From Selaginella moellendorffii (taxonomy: Eukaryota; Plantae; Lycopodiophyta), in NCBI RefSeq assembly GCF_000143415.4, contig NW_003314267.1, positions 1,061,309-1,125,308 of the forward strand: DNA of 64,000 nucleotides, read 5' to 3'. The notes beneath the pieces were generated by a model. The model saw nothing but the letters and a program-made list of their open reading frames with translations. It had not been told where the DNA came from and did not search any database. Positions 38,501 through 51,938 of the stretch are shown here, in pieces; positions within the stretch are counted from its first letter, which is position 1; the number at the start of each line of letters is the position of its first letter. The position numbers and the translations under genes are program-made.

Positions 38501-39782
38501 GTAGCCGGACGGTTGCCGCTGGAGATTTTCAAGGGAGTCCTTTCGGGCCGTATCATCTGTTCCTTTCTCGTCGTGAGCCTTGGAGGCCTCAATCATGTTC
38601 TTCAGTGGGGCCAGGCCCTCGGGAGCAATAGTTATTCCAGTGCCGTTCGCCTCCGGATATGCATACGCGCCCTCTGCTGCTACAAGTTCCATTTCGTCCA
38701 GCCATAGACCACCTTCTTGCTGTTTTTTGCACAAAGACGCAAACTTGTGACAAGCTTCGCTGCATTTGTGGAGCTTATTGTTAGTCATAATGCGTAAAAC
38801 CCCGAGGTAGCTCACCTTAGTCGCGCAGCGCCAAAATACTCTGCGAAACCAAGAAGGTCGGACAGGTGATCCATATCAAAACCGGCGGCAACTGCACGAG
38901 CAAATGCCATCCCTTGTTCTCTTTGCAAGACCGCGTGTCGAGTTTCCATAGCTTTGATCAAACGGCACCTTCAAAATGGCAGCGGTTAAACCCGAACAAA
39001 CCGGTACGAGCAATCACTCTCTACCTGGAAGTTTCATTGTTTTCAGCGTCGACCTCTTCTACATCCTTGCGGATCTGTTGACACAAAAATGAGCTGCTTG
39101 ACACAAATTCAAAAGGTTCGGACCTTGCTTTGCTTGTTGAAAGATTTTCCACCACCTATATCCACAGTTAAAGAAAGTTGAAAATCATGGTGATTAGAAT
39201 GGGTACCTGAAACAGTCACGACTGATCCAGCAACAGATTGCTGGTCGTCTCCCTGAAGTCACGTAAACATCATTCAGAAAACCATTTGAAGAAAAGTAAG
39301 GTTACCTCATTCGTGTAGTTGCACAACTCTTCTTCGAGCTGAATTAGCTCCGTCTCCACAACGCTGACGCGCTCCAGCACCTCCGGAGTGCTAACGAAGC
39401 GCACAAATCTACAGAAACAGTCCCAAGAATTATTGGTGGAGCGCAATGAATGGTAGTAGCGAAAGGCGCTTTACCTTTGCATGGTGCCTTTAGTGAACCA
39501 GCTTGCTTTGCCTTGGTTGCCATCAATCGGGGGCTCGAGCCTGATCGAGTAGCCACCAACAGCAATTTGCTCCTCGGCTGCCCTCAAATGGGCAAGGAAT
39601 GGCTTGAGCAATCCAGATGCCAATTTCTCGCTCACACCATGGGACGATATCAGCAGCTCACACCTGGAATAACAATGCAATATCAGGATCAAAGTATCAG
39701 TCGAAGCTAAACACTCTGGAAACCTGGTCCTGGTCGGTGTGAGCTGGAAGACGGCGAAATCCAGCACTATATCGGCCTTCAT
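35557..39782 (-). CDS. COP1-interacting protein 7 (CIP7)-like protein, multi-exon
   Basis: N-terminus [41 protein letters not shown]...[23 protein letters not shown]. Also [24 protein letters not shown] and C-terminal [14 protein letters not shown] introns, e.g. 39664-39723. Confidence 0.88.
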
Positions 39783-41025
39783 CGCGAATGCAGCGCCCTA
39801 AGGAAGCAGCAGGCTCTAGATCCAGCCGATCTCACTCGCCGACCATTCCTCTCGAGAATCCGGCGACCCTTGTCCTACTACAGAGAAACAGTGACGAGAT
39901 TCTCACAATCCGATGCTCGAGAAACCTACATTGCTCGCTTACCGGCACAGGCAGCTCCAGGCGTCCGAGAGAGGATCGAAATTTCAGCGCGGCATCACGA
40001 TTCGAGGCGATCCACAACCCGGCGGCGAGATTATCGAATCAATCCATGCCTGGCAACCGCTGGCCGGAGCGCTCCTCCCTTCCCCGATCGAAAACCTAGC
40101 GCGCCTTCTCACTCTCTTCTCCCCTTCGTCCACAAAAAAGAGAGAAGGAAAATCACGGCAATAAAACCACTTTGATTGATCCTTCTCTGTAGTCTAGTGT
40201 AATGATTTTTATTAAATCGGGGAACAAAACAATGGTGAGCTGTCACATGGGTGGGTGCCTATAGGCTATACCCGAAGAAATATACATACAAAAATCCCCT
40301 GGCCACTGCAACTGTGCCACGTGGGACCCCATACGAGTAGTTGGGACATCATAGATGCTTATCATCCACATCGTGATGTGAACTCCACACCAATTACCCC
40401 ACATCATGCGGCATGCCCTCCATCCATGCATGTAAAGTTGACGGTCCCATGGTACGTGTGAATGGAGGATCCAAGGGCCGGTTTAATCGCGCGGTGAAGT
40501 GACGTGGCAACCCGGCCAAATCATAGCTAGCTGGAGACCACCATTGTTTGGCCTGGCAAAAGTAGAGACCAAAATTCTTCTTTTAAGCTTTGATCCACTT
40601 CGTCGAAGCCCTCTAAAGAATCAAATTTTTCGTATTTTTCTTAAAGTCCGAATGATCTCTTCGCGCGCTTCTTCTTTGATGCGAGCGAGTAGACTCTGGT
40701 CGATCCAACGAGCTCTGTTAGTAATTGATGCAGTTTTCTATTTTACCTGTCGAGATCATGAAGTTGTCGTTCCTGAGATCTTGGAAGAACTTCGCAGCTG
40801 TGGCTTCTTCGGTAACTTAAGCCGACAAGGACCACCACCAGCGGCGCATCTAATGCTTTCCCAGTGACTTGCTAACAGCTCCTTTATCTCCGATATGTGT
40901 ATCTAGCAGTTTCTTAGTCCCCCTCCTAGAAGAAAAACTTTTGCTTTCTCTCGTCTCCACTGCAAAACTTTGGACTTTCCCTGCCCTCCTTTCACCCTGT
41001 CCTGAGCTATCCTGTGCTACTGGAA

Positions 41026-44000
41026 TTACTGCTTCTTTACCAGCTCCTGGATCGTGCTTACCATCAGCTTACAATTGATCGGCTTGGTGAGGTAAGCGTC
41101 CATTCCAACAGCACGGCATTTGGCTTCGTCGCTTGTTAGAGCGTGCGCCGTGAGTGCGACGATGGGAATGTGTCGGTCTGTGTCAGCCTCTGATTCTCGG
41201 ATGGCCTTGGTCGCGCTGTAGCCATCCATCACCGGCATCTATCAAGAAAACACAAAAAAAAAAAAACAAAGAAGAGATTTTGTCAATTAATAAGAAGCAA
41301 AGATCATTGAATAGTAACTTACTGCACAGTCCATCAGGATCAAGTCGAAGTGTAGAGTCTGTGACTTCAGAAGCTCGTTAACTGACTTTGCCACTGCTGT
41401 CACGGCTTGTTGTCCGTCCCCGACTATTGTCACCTCAGCTCCAAGCTTTCCCAGGATTGTCCCGATCATCCGCTGCAGTATGGGCGTGTCCTCCACCACT
41501 AGAATCCGCAAGCCAGCTAAAGGTTTGGAGCCTGAGGGCTCCACTGCTGCATGAGTCGGGGACGCATTTGATGTGCTGATCTCACTTTCCGGTAGGCTGA
41601 AAGGACTTCTCGCAGAACTTGTGCTCTTTGGCTTGGTCGGTATTCGTAGATCTATAACCGGGCCGCTCCACTCGTTCTCGAGGTCCTTGGCACCTTTCCT
41701 GTCCTCCTGTACACCGTCCGCGGTGGTGTTTACCACTTCGGGTGTCAAAAGTCCACTCGTTGGTGATCCCGGTGTACTGAGAATGTAGTCGTCCGAGTGG
41801 TAAGCAACGTCTGAAGAAGGCACGTGATGAACGATGCCCAAACCACCTCCACAGTGCCTCACAGGTACGCTACTTGTCAGGCGTGGAGTAGAAGGTCCGC
41901 TTGAAATGCAGCTCAAAGGCTCGGATGATGCCGGCTCAAACTTGGAAACTCGTTGAAGCAAAGTGAGAAGTCTTTTCATTCTGCTCGCATGTAGAGGCTT
42001 GATCAAGATAACTGATGGAGCAGCTACCTGTAACGCCTTCTTGAAGGAAATTCCGGAATCAGGAGGGGCAATCCAGCCGACCGCAAGGGAGTGCCGGTGA
42101 CGAATCCTTGAAAGGAAGCTGAGTACTTCGAGTAAGGAGGCCGGCATCTTAGATGAACTTTCACAGTCCGAGGGTCCCGACTTCCCCCAAGGGAACATAG
42201 AAACGTCGATCAAAGCCAACAACGAAGAGCCGGCTTCTAGAAAGCTTTCCAGAGTCCGACTGCTGCATCCTGCACTACTACTGCCCAGCGGAGAATAGTC
42301 CGCTAAATCACTGAAATAGCCAGCTCTCTGGCATTCCCTTGTGTTTAGCCGAAAGTCATTGCAGCCACTGCTGCATATAGCCTCCATTGTCGATAGAACA
42401 TCCTGAAAGCTGCTGACATGAGTCACCCTTGTACCTTTCTTCTCTAACCAGCGGATGCAAGTGCTTGCCGCCATACCATCTGGCATAGCGACCACCACCT
42501 GAGTGCGCTCGAGAAGACTGAAGGATGGTGTCGGATACGAAACATAAACTTGCGGCGATCCTATGAGAGAGCTCAAGCTGTCGGGTGACGGCGAACTCGC
42601 CACTAATGTTTCCGGAGGAACATCCTTCAATCTCTCCATGACAATATTGAAACGAATAAGAGTTCCAGGTCCTTGCTTGCAAATGACTTGCACTTCTCCA
42701 CCCATTTTCTGAACTAGCGACCGGACAATATAGAGACCAAGGCCAGAGCCTCCGTGAATTCTCGTCGACGATGCATCTGCTTGAACGAAACTGTCGAAGA
42801 CCGTTTCATGCATGTGGGACGGAATTCCGCAACCTATGAGAATAGTTCTGTTAAAAACAATGTCTAGAACGTAAATCTATCAATCGTACCTGTGTCATCA
42901 ACTTCAAAGATGAGATTGATGAAAGATGGACCATCACTACTAATTTCCGGTTTTTCATCAGCCCAACCACGAATGACTATATGGCCATTTTCCGTGAACT
43001 TCATGGAATTTGAAAGCAGGTTGCTAAATATTTGTCGAATTCGGCACGCATCACCTTTCAAGGCCTGCGGAATGGTATCTGAAATACAAGATAATACATG
43101 GACTGGAAACAGAATATCAAAAAACAAAAATACCTGAAAGATCCAACGCAACATCCACACTAGCTGCATAGGACTGGGCTGCAAACATATCCACAAGAGA
43201 TTCCAGCTCGCTCGCCAGATTAAAAGGAGCAAGATCCAAGTCCATTTTTCCTGCCTCCACCTGTTCAAGCAGTAAGTGCAGAAGTCATACGTGAGAGAAA
43301 CATACCTTACTGATATCCAGCACATTATTAACCATGCTAAGAAGCCCCGTTGCGCATCGTCGTATTTGTCCAACGGAAGTTTCTTGCTCGGGAGTTAGAG
43401 TGTCACATGATAGAATATCCAACATGCCAATTATGCCAGCCATGGGAGTTCGTAGCTCATGGCTGAAAGAAGTCATGGTCAGTCCTCAACAAATTAGGAT
43501 TGTTGTTGTCATGTATACCTCATGTTGGCAAGAAATTGGCTTTTATGATTGCTTAGTTGTTCGGCTCGATGTTTGGCTATCAGCTGCCGAATCAGTTCTT
43601 GCTTCAGCTGCATTTCGGTGCTCATATTGCTCGTAAGCACACATATTAGAAGACAGCCCACGATGGAGATAGCAATCGCAATGCTGACAGACACTGCAAC
43701 CACTGTCCGTTTCCACGACTCGATCTTACCCATTATGCGTTTCTTTGGGATAGCAGCTACTGCAGTCTGTGAAAACAAGAACATTAGGCTGTTCAAAAAA
43801 ATCCACTACAGACTCACCAGCTTTAGGCTACTGAAAGGACTATTGTTCACTGGCATAGTATCAATGTAATACTTGGTACCCATAAGGTTAACGTTCACAG
43901 CATGAACTTCCAAAAGATTATTCTTGTATCCTGACTCTAAAAATGTGGCAGCTGCAGCAATTGTTGGATTGGAAGAATTTCTGGCATCGCATAAAATGTC

Positions 44001-45300
44001 GGTATCTTGCATTTCGCTCGACATCGCTATGATTTTTGAATTATTGTTTTCGTCTTTCCTGAAATTCAGTAGATTGAGCTCCAGAGCGAAAGGAAGTCAA
44101 AACACGTACCAGACAACGTAAAGAAATCCTCCAAGCAGGTCCACTGTAGATAAATAGTTTGTTAATTCTTTCAAGGATGTTGTGATTGCCGAGACGCCGA
44201 TAAATTCATTACTTTCCGACAACACCGAGGCTGCGGCAGCTATCACTGGCTCACCGAAAACCCCCGGCTCTATACTCCAGTTTGCCTGAAAAGAAAATCA
44301 CAAGCATTAGATTCGCATACTACATTAAGATCTCCGAGACCTGGCTGGCTTGAAATTTGCGCATGATGGAAGGGTTGATGACATAAGGCGTCGAATTGCT
44401 TTCTACGGCGGGAAACTTTCCTATTCCAGTTTTTGACCCAGTCAGATTCTGGAACACAAGCAGTGCAATAGCGTCACGCGTAAAACTAGAGCACCGGAAA
44501 AGATACCTGCATGTACCATGCTTTAGGAACGCCTGCAGAAGACTCGTTGGCGAAGAACAAGTACTCCGAACTGTTAACTCTTGAATAATCAACCGCATAA
44601 CCATCTCGGTGTAGAAACGAGACGGAGCTCAGTTGCGGCCTCGTTGATAGAAAAGCCCAATTGATTCTCCTGATCTGTTAAGAGAGCTAGAGCAACAAAC
44701 CGAAGAGAAGAATAGAACGAACCTCGTCCTGTGACGAAGCCCAATTGCGGTTGCTGAGAAAAACGTTTTGGTGAAGGGAGCTCAAAGTAGAGGACATGTT
44801 GTAAGTCTCTCCTAGGATCAGCGACGTTGTTTGCAAGCTGCTTTGGAGTAGCTCACGCCGCAAGACCGAAGCCGCGTGGTTCACAGCCTTCTTGCTATAG
44901 GTGGAAGTGTAGTACCATGTAACGAGGCTGGTGCAAACGAGCATCAAGGCGAATAGAATCTGCGTTTCCCGATGCGTTAGATAGTCAAAGAGGCACAGAG
45001 TGAATCAAATAAACCACGTACCATTATCGCGAGGCGAGAGACGAGCACGGTGTTGGTGCGGTCCAGCAGCCTCCTCTTGCGGCAAAACGCGCGATGGACA
45101 GCCGCATTCGCGAAGTTCTCCACTGTCACGGAGCTCCCCATCATGTCCAAGATGATATGCTCCAACACCGTCTCCTTGCCATCCTCTTCCCGCTTGAAGC
45201 ACCATTTGGGCAGCTCCAGCGATTCGCAGCCTCGGCCAGAGCAATCAATAGAGTCCCTCGCCTTCGCCTCTGCCTCTTGCCGCTGCTTCATCGCGTCCAT
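41026..45300 (-). CDS. Membrane hybrid histidine kinase, AHK1-like
   Basis: Two TM segments flank an extracellular region. HisKA [25 protein letters not shown], HATPase NLLSNSMKFT / VDDTG / GGSGLGL, and a C-terminal receiver ILVVED...ILMDC.MPVMDG...YLTKP. Multi-exon. Confidence 0.93.
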
Positions 45301-45936
45301 CCCTCGGCGATCATTTATATTCTAGCTGCCTACCTATCCCCGAAATCCAAAATATTTCCATCCTTGCCCGAATCTCTGCCGAAATCCCGAGCTCGCTCGC
45401 CTCGGAGCCAATCCAGAGCGCCAATGCCCCCAAGAATACCGCGGCCAGCGATCGACGCGACAATCCTGGAGCACTCATACCTCGATTCAGACCAGAATCT
45501 CCGCCACGCTCCTCCCGCATTCCATTCCTAGCAATCCCATCGCCGCAGCAGCGGCGCAGTACCAGTCGATCGAAGAATGTAGCGCTAGCGCCGAGGGCAA
45601 GAACCGGCCAAAACGCAAGATCTTCGCAGCTAGAAAAGCGTATATTTGGGGACAGATGAAAAACCCTCTTCCTCGACAGCTCCAGCCCGTCACGTTGAAG
45701 GGCACGCTTCGCTCGGTGTACGGCACGTTCCACGTGGCCCGGATCATTAATGGCCCGCCACCAGTACGGCCATTTGCTCCTTAATTCCCGGCGGTTAAAA
45801 ACAAACGACTTTAAACATCCCTCCCGGTTTAAACATCATCCAATCTTACGGCGTCCGGTAAATATCGCCGTCCTTATTCTGCCTGGGTATTGACGGGAGC
45901 TAAGATTAACAGTAATAGAACGCTCTCCTCCTCGGA

Positions 45937-47450
45937 TTAAGCGTTCTCTTGTCTATCTATCGCGTGATACTGGTTTCCTCCTCCTAGTCGCTTTGGCGGA
46001 AGTTTGCGAAGGATGAAGAGAACCAATGCCGACGGGAGGATCTCGACTAGCTGGAAGGAACAAAACCAAGCAAAGAGTTTGTCATCGAATCGAATCCATC
46101 AATCGAGAAAATCCTGGGAAGAAAAAAATCGACTTACCGAATAGTAGAGGACGTTGAGGAAGGGGTGGTATAAAACATCCAGGTCCGCGTTCTTCTCAAA
46201 CGTTGAGAAAGCAAGCTGGTAAGCGAATAAAGTGTTAGATTTTTCTGGCCAGAGTCAGAGGAGTTTTGATGGGGAATCTTACAATGAACGTGCGAATCGT
46301 GAAGCACGCGAAGCAGATGCCGGTCACTCCACCAACCTGTAAGCGAGAAAAGGGCTCTGGGGTTTATACCCGATACAGCAAAGACTACGATCGCATCGTA
46401 CCTCGTGAAGTTTCTTTTGGCGTCCTTTGGACTCGATTGGAAACCTCCGCAACATCATAAAAAGCCTGCAAAAAACCATCGGGGAACGTCGAGATGGGAA
46501 AAAAGAAAACTTCCACCTTCCACCGTAAACTAGAAACCCAAACGCTGCCAGCAAGGAAACACCTAACAATCCGATCCAAAATCCTGTCAGATTGGCAAGC
46601 AGAGAAAAACGCATTGGATGTTAAACAGTACCAGCGAAAAAGAGCTTGGAGATTGTCAGGATAACTTCGACGGGCTTTAGCCAATAGATAACCCACAGGA
46701 GTAGCTGTCACGAAGGGAGAAATGCGATCGTCTCTCAATTAAGTGCAAGATACGATTCGATTACCTGACCGATATAAACAATGCAATTGATAACGACAAA
46801 CACAGGGCGCAAGTTCTCTGCTGGGAGATTCTTGGCCTAACAAACAACAAAACTTCGTTACTCGGATAAGAACAAATCAAAGTATTAAGAAGCACCAACC
46901 TGGCGATATATCTCGGCCCAGAACAAAACCAGGAGAGCGTAAGTCGTGAAGAATAGGAGGCCGGGAAGATCTAACAGGATAGGCTGTAAGATCTGTAGAA
47001 TCCCATGGAAAAACTCTTTGTTATACGATAGAATTCCAGGGGATTGCGAGTTTTGTCTTACCTCAGGCTTCAGGTACTGCAGTTGCCGGCGGAATAGAAA
47101 GACTGCAGCTCTAACTGATCGAGGAAGACGAATCAAAACAAGAGGATGAGAGAAAAAAAATGAAACTTTTCACCTCCATTTACAAAGAAATTGAGGAGAT
47201 GGAACACTTTCTGCGTTGTCCAGCCATACTCCGGCACCCGGATTTGTATTCTAACGAGTTGGATCTAACAAAGGAAGAAAATCGATAGGAAACACAGCTA
47301 ACTTACAAGAATCAACTAACTTACAAGGGCAGCAATGGAGAGTAGTGCGTACGCCGCCGCCAAGCCGTAAAACACCCCGTCCTCGAGCGATTTGGAGCTC
47401 CTCAACCCCAAATCCTCCACAAACGCCGCGACGATCGATAGACGCTCCAT
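45937..47450 (-). CDS. Tobamovirus multiplication 1 (TOM1/THH1, DUF1084) family membrane protein
   Basis: [100 protein letters not shown]. Confidence 0.93.
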
Positions 47451-47855
47451 GCCTTCGCGCCCTACGTCATAGGAAGCGCCCGGCAGTTGCGAATCCCATG
47501 CCCCGGGCCACTGTCACCCTAGAAATCCAGCGTCGTCTTCCTCCTCCTCGATTAGGGCGACGGCGCAACGATTGAGAAGAACACGAAGAAACAAAGAAAA
47601 TATTTCGCGAAGCCAGAGCTTTGCAAGTTTCAAGGGCAAAAGTGGCACGTGGCGACTGGCTTGCATGACGGGACACGTGGCGGCTGCATGGACTGAAATC
47701 TGGCAAGCCCAGAGGTCGCCACGTGTTCTTTACGTGATTCGAGCCTATATACACCGGGAGGGGACAAAGTATTTTGACCTATTTGCTCGCTCATTGGGAG
47801 GTTTTCTTCGATTGATCGAGCTCCAGGGATTGATCTGCTGCCGCAGCTGCTAGAA
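47451..47855. promoter_or_regulatory. Short bidirectional promoter with an ABRE/G-box and RY-like cluster
   Basis: CACGTGGC at 47646 and 47674, GCCACGTGT at 47718, TACGTG at 47731, TGCATG at 47662 and 47685, TATA-like CTATATA at ~47745. Lies between head-to-head TOM1 and PP2C. Confidence 0.6.
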
Positions 47856-48925
47856 ATGTGTCTCCGACGATTGATTCGCACTAAGGTGAGTGATTCGATC
47901 GAGAAATTTGCTACTGAGGGTAAGATCGATCTCTCATTTTGATTTCCAAGACCTCGGAGGAGCGCGAGGTTACCTATGGCTCTGCCTGTCTCAAGGGCAG
48001 ATCCTCGCATCCCATGGAGGATTTCTTCGTCGCCGACTACAAGGAGATCAAGCAAGGAGACAACACACACGACCTAGGATTGTTTGCAATCTACGACGGG
48101 CATCTGGGACACAACGTTCCAGCTTATCTCCAGAAGAACCTCTTTGACAACATTCTCAACGAAGTACGTTCTTAGTTTGTTTTCTTTGTTTCGCGATTGA
48201 ATCTGGATTTCACTTGCGAAAACTTCCATAGCCAGGATTCTGGAGCGATCCCAGCAGTGCCATTCGAAATGCCTACGAAAGAACAGACAAGACCATCCTC
48301 GAGAAATCGACCGACTTGGGCATTGGAGGATCCACAGCAGTCACAGCGATTCTGATAGACGGCTCCCGGCTACTCGTCGCGAACATTGGCGATTCTCGAG
48401 CGGTTTTAAGCCGCGGAGGCGAGGCTTTGCAACTCTCGGTGGATCACGAGCCCGGACAACCGGCCGAGCGAGACACCATCCAAAACAAAGGTGGATTTGT
48501 CGTCAAACTCCCAGGTAAGCACAAAACCCTCCACATTCTCAGGACAAAGCGAAATCAATGAATTCTTTCCAGGTGATGTTCCTCGCGTGGATGGCCAACT
48601 TGCGGTGGCTCGAGCTTTCGGGGACAAGAACCTCAAAGACCATCTAAGCGCCGATCCAGACATCAAGGAAGTTGCCATCGAGCCGAAAGACGAGTTCCTG
48701 ATACTCGCGAGCGACGGACTCTGGAAGGTAATCCGATCGGAAATGATCTCTTGAAAAAACGCTCGCTGCGATACTCTGCAGGTGATGAAGAACCAGGAGG
48801 CGGTGGATCACATCCGGAAAGTTAAAGATCCAAAGCACGCCGCCGAGAAGCTGACGTCGCAGGCCGTTTTGTTGAATAGCTCGGATGATATCTCCTGTGT
48901 CGTTGTCCACTTAAGGAAGAAATAA
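47856..48925 (+). CDS. Protein phosphatase 2C (short, clade F-like)
   Basis: [76 protein letters not shown]. Short GT-AG introns. Confidence 0.95.
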
Positions 48926-49296
48926 AACGACAAGAGAATGGAATCGACACAAATCAATACTGTACATTCCTTGTAACTTTGCAACGGGAGGAATCCAAGC
49001 CTGGAAACTTTGTGTTCTTCCTGTTCTTCCTTGACACCACCCTGTTCTTCCTGGAAATTTTTTTCTTCCTGGAACTTAGTTCCTGTCCGCGAAGTTAGAT
49101 CCAGCCCAGCTTCCTCCCAATGATACAACAAATGCCAGCTTCAAACCATTGTTCTCTTTCGGCCACCATAGCCTTCCAGCTGGAGAAGAAAAGCTTTTTA
49201 TCTCGACGAAGAGCCTTCCATCCCGTCCAAAGAGGCTCGAGTCTTCCATCCAACCGAGATATAGAAGAGCTCGAGTCTTCCAGCGAAGAGCTTCTT

Positions 49297-51938
49297 CTAT
49301 CTCGTCGACGAGTCTTTCACGAACACCATCACTGACTGGCTGCCCAGAGCCGACGCTGCCGATTCGACATGCTGGAGGAGGAACTCGTAGATCTTCCGCT
49401 TCAATCTCGCCAGCGTTTCTACAAACTGTGGCTCCAACGAGCTCTCGTCTTTGCCGCTGCCTGTAGCGTCCAGCCAATCGTTCACTCTCTTGAGTTGCGA
49501 GAGCATCAACGCGAGCTGGCTGTTGTGTAGTTGCTGCTGTTGCTGTTGCTGCTGAGCCCCGGTTACTTGCTCGGCGTCCATAGCTCCGCTTGCTTGGAAA
49601 CCATTGTCCAGTGCTTCCTCTATGTGCTTGACGAACCAGCTCTGTGCTTCCAGCTGGAGTTGCATCGCTAGCTCGGCAGTTTCCTTGAGCCCGTTTCCTC
49701 TCACCCATTCCATGGCCACTGGCTCCGGTGCCGGCTTGGGACCCGATGGCTCGTTGCTACTTGTCTTGGTGCTTGACTTTAGAGTCGATCTTGCTGGAAC
49801 AGCTGCATTGCCACCGTTCTTTCGGTTCGTCGTAGAAGCTCTCAAAGGCGAGGGAGGCCTTCCGGCGACTTCTGAGCCATCGCCACCTTTTCTCTTTTCT
49901 GCCGGGACTTGTTTTTTGTTGGAAGCTGGCTGTGGCGAGGACGCTGCGTTGAAGCCTCCATCGAGAACTAGAACAGCTTGGCTAGAGCCTTTGACTGTCT
50001 TGGACGAATCCTTCTTTGTCCCGGTCTTGCTTCCTATCGGCTTGCTTGAAACTGAGAATGCGGCCAAGTCCGTCGACAATGCCGTAGCGATCCACTGGCA
50101 GGAATTCTTGGCTTTTTCTTTGGAAATTCGCGAGGCGTCGTCGTCCGACATAGCGGCAGCAGCACTTACGGGCGACGCAGTGATGCTCGACTCCGTGTTA
50201 CTCGAGTCCTCATTTTGATCCGTCTCTGTTTTCTTTGTGACTGCTAGAGCTTGCGCAGTCGTAAAAGCCTGACCAAGTCTCTGATGGAAGTCAAAAAACT
50301 GCTCCACTGATGGTTGCGGGAGTTGTGGCTTTGACGTTGAACATAACTCTGCAAACATACTGCACATTCAAGTTATCAATGACCAACTAAAATATGACAA
50401 GATGACGACTGTTTACCTGATGCTACGGATCACGCATTCCGCCACGGATGCCTCTTGCAAAGCCTCCGATGCAGCAGCTGAAGCCGCATCACGCCTGCGG
50501 ACAGCTTCCTGAAAATAATAAAAACGAAAAGAGTAAACACACATTCAAAAGAACACAGGGATCCGCAAACCTTTCCGAGCTCAGCCAGGTTTGCAGGGAG
50601 GGAATCCCATGAAACGCTTCCGTCCGTCCATTTCTTGCTATTGATTATGATATTGCTCTCACCGGGCTGACTCTTTTGAACAGGCTCAGGTTCCCTTGTC
50701 GACTGCCCGGATTTTGCAGCTACTCTGTTTCCCTTTCTGGGGGTTGACACCCCATCAGTCTGACTGGGAGCTGGAGCTGGAACTGGAGGCGGAGGTTCGC
50801 TTTTCTGCTTGAGCTTTGCTGAAGTTAAAACCTGTGAACAGACAGATGAACGTTAGAAATATGTTGTAATATGCGAAATACTCACGGAACTCTTTGATAC
50901 GGGAGATCTTGACGATGTCTTGGCCTTCCCTTCCTTTGATCTGACCACGCCCTCCCAGCTTTTACGCAACGTTTTCGTGCTAGCTGGAAACACTTCAATT
51001 TTTAGTGACACCCCTGATCTCCTCTTCTTTGATTCCGGTGGACTGCTAAGTTTTTTTAAACCTTTTGCAGACGCTCGAGTAGAGACAGGAGATAAAGTCG
51101 GCCTTGGCAGAGGAAGCTCGTGGTAAGGAACTTTTCTATCTTCAGAACAGCTAACCACATTTCGGCCTGGAAGTTTGTCTGAATTTGCCTTGGTTCCTGT
51201 ACCTGCTTTGTCCTTTACTGTCACAGATAATTTCGCAGATAATTTCGAAGGCGTAGAAGCAGTGTAACTCTCGTCAAAGTCGAGCTTGGACCTAGAAGAC
51301 GTTCTGTCTTTAGAAGAAACTGATCGAGATAGCCTGTCATTGCTCTTCAGAAACCCATCCCTGTCCAGTGATTTCGATAGACTATCGGCCGTCCCTACTC
51401 TACTCAAGTGTTTTGATCCCGGATTATCCATAACAGCCCGCTCAGCAAACTTGGCTGCAACGCTTTCCGCAGAAAATGGATCAAACTTCTTCTTAGCGTT
51501 CCTGTTCATGGCATTCTCGATGGCATCCACGGTGGGAACTAAATTCGCCGGTCCACTCTTGACGTTGGGAATAACTGTAGCCACGAGGTCCTCAGGAGTA
51601 CCAACGCATTGATGCCTTCCCGGAAGAGCTCTCACACCCTTGAGCAGCGGAACCGGAGACCCGTATTCAAGCCTATCAACGTGTATAAACTGGCCGAGCT
51701 GGAGCTTGTCACTGAGAATCAAATCGTCATGCTCCTCGGCCAACGAAACATAAGTTGCATGTGAAGAGTCTGACACCTTGAGGTAGAAACCGTGATTCGG
51801 CCAAAGCTCTCCTCCGGCTAGCGCAGGAACAATCCCAATGACTTGCAGCAAAACCGAGCGATACTCCCCTGCGACTTTGGTCTCAGAGCTCATGTTTTGC
51901 AAGAGCTTCACCAGCACCCCTGGAGTGAGGCTCGCCAT
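49297..51938 (-). CDS. DUF936 / CORD-like microtubule-associated protein
   Basis: [16 protein letters not shown]...[43 protein letters not shown], and C-terminal [12 protein letters not shown]...[16 protein letters not shown]. PolyQ tract at ~49530-49555. Confidence 0.93.
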
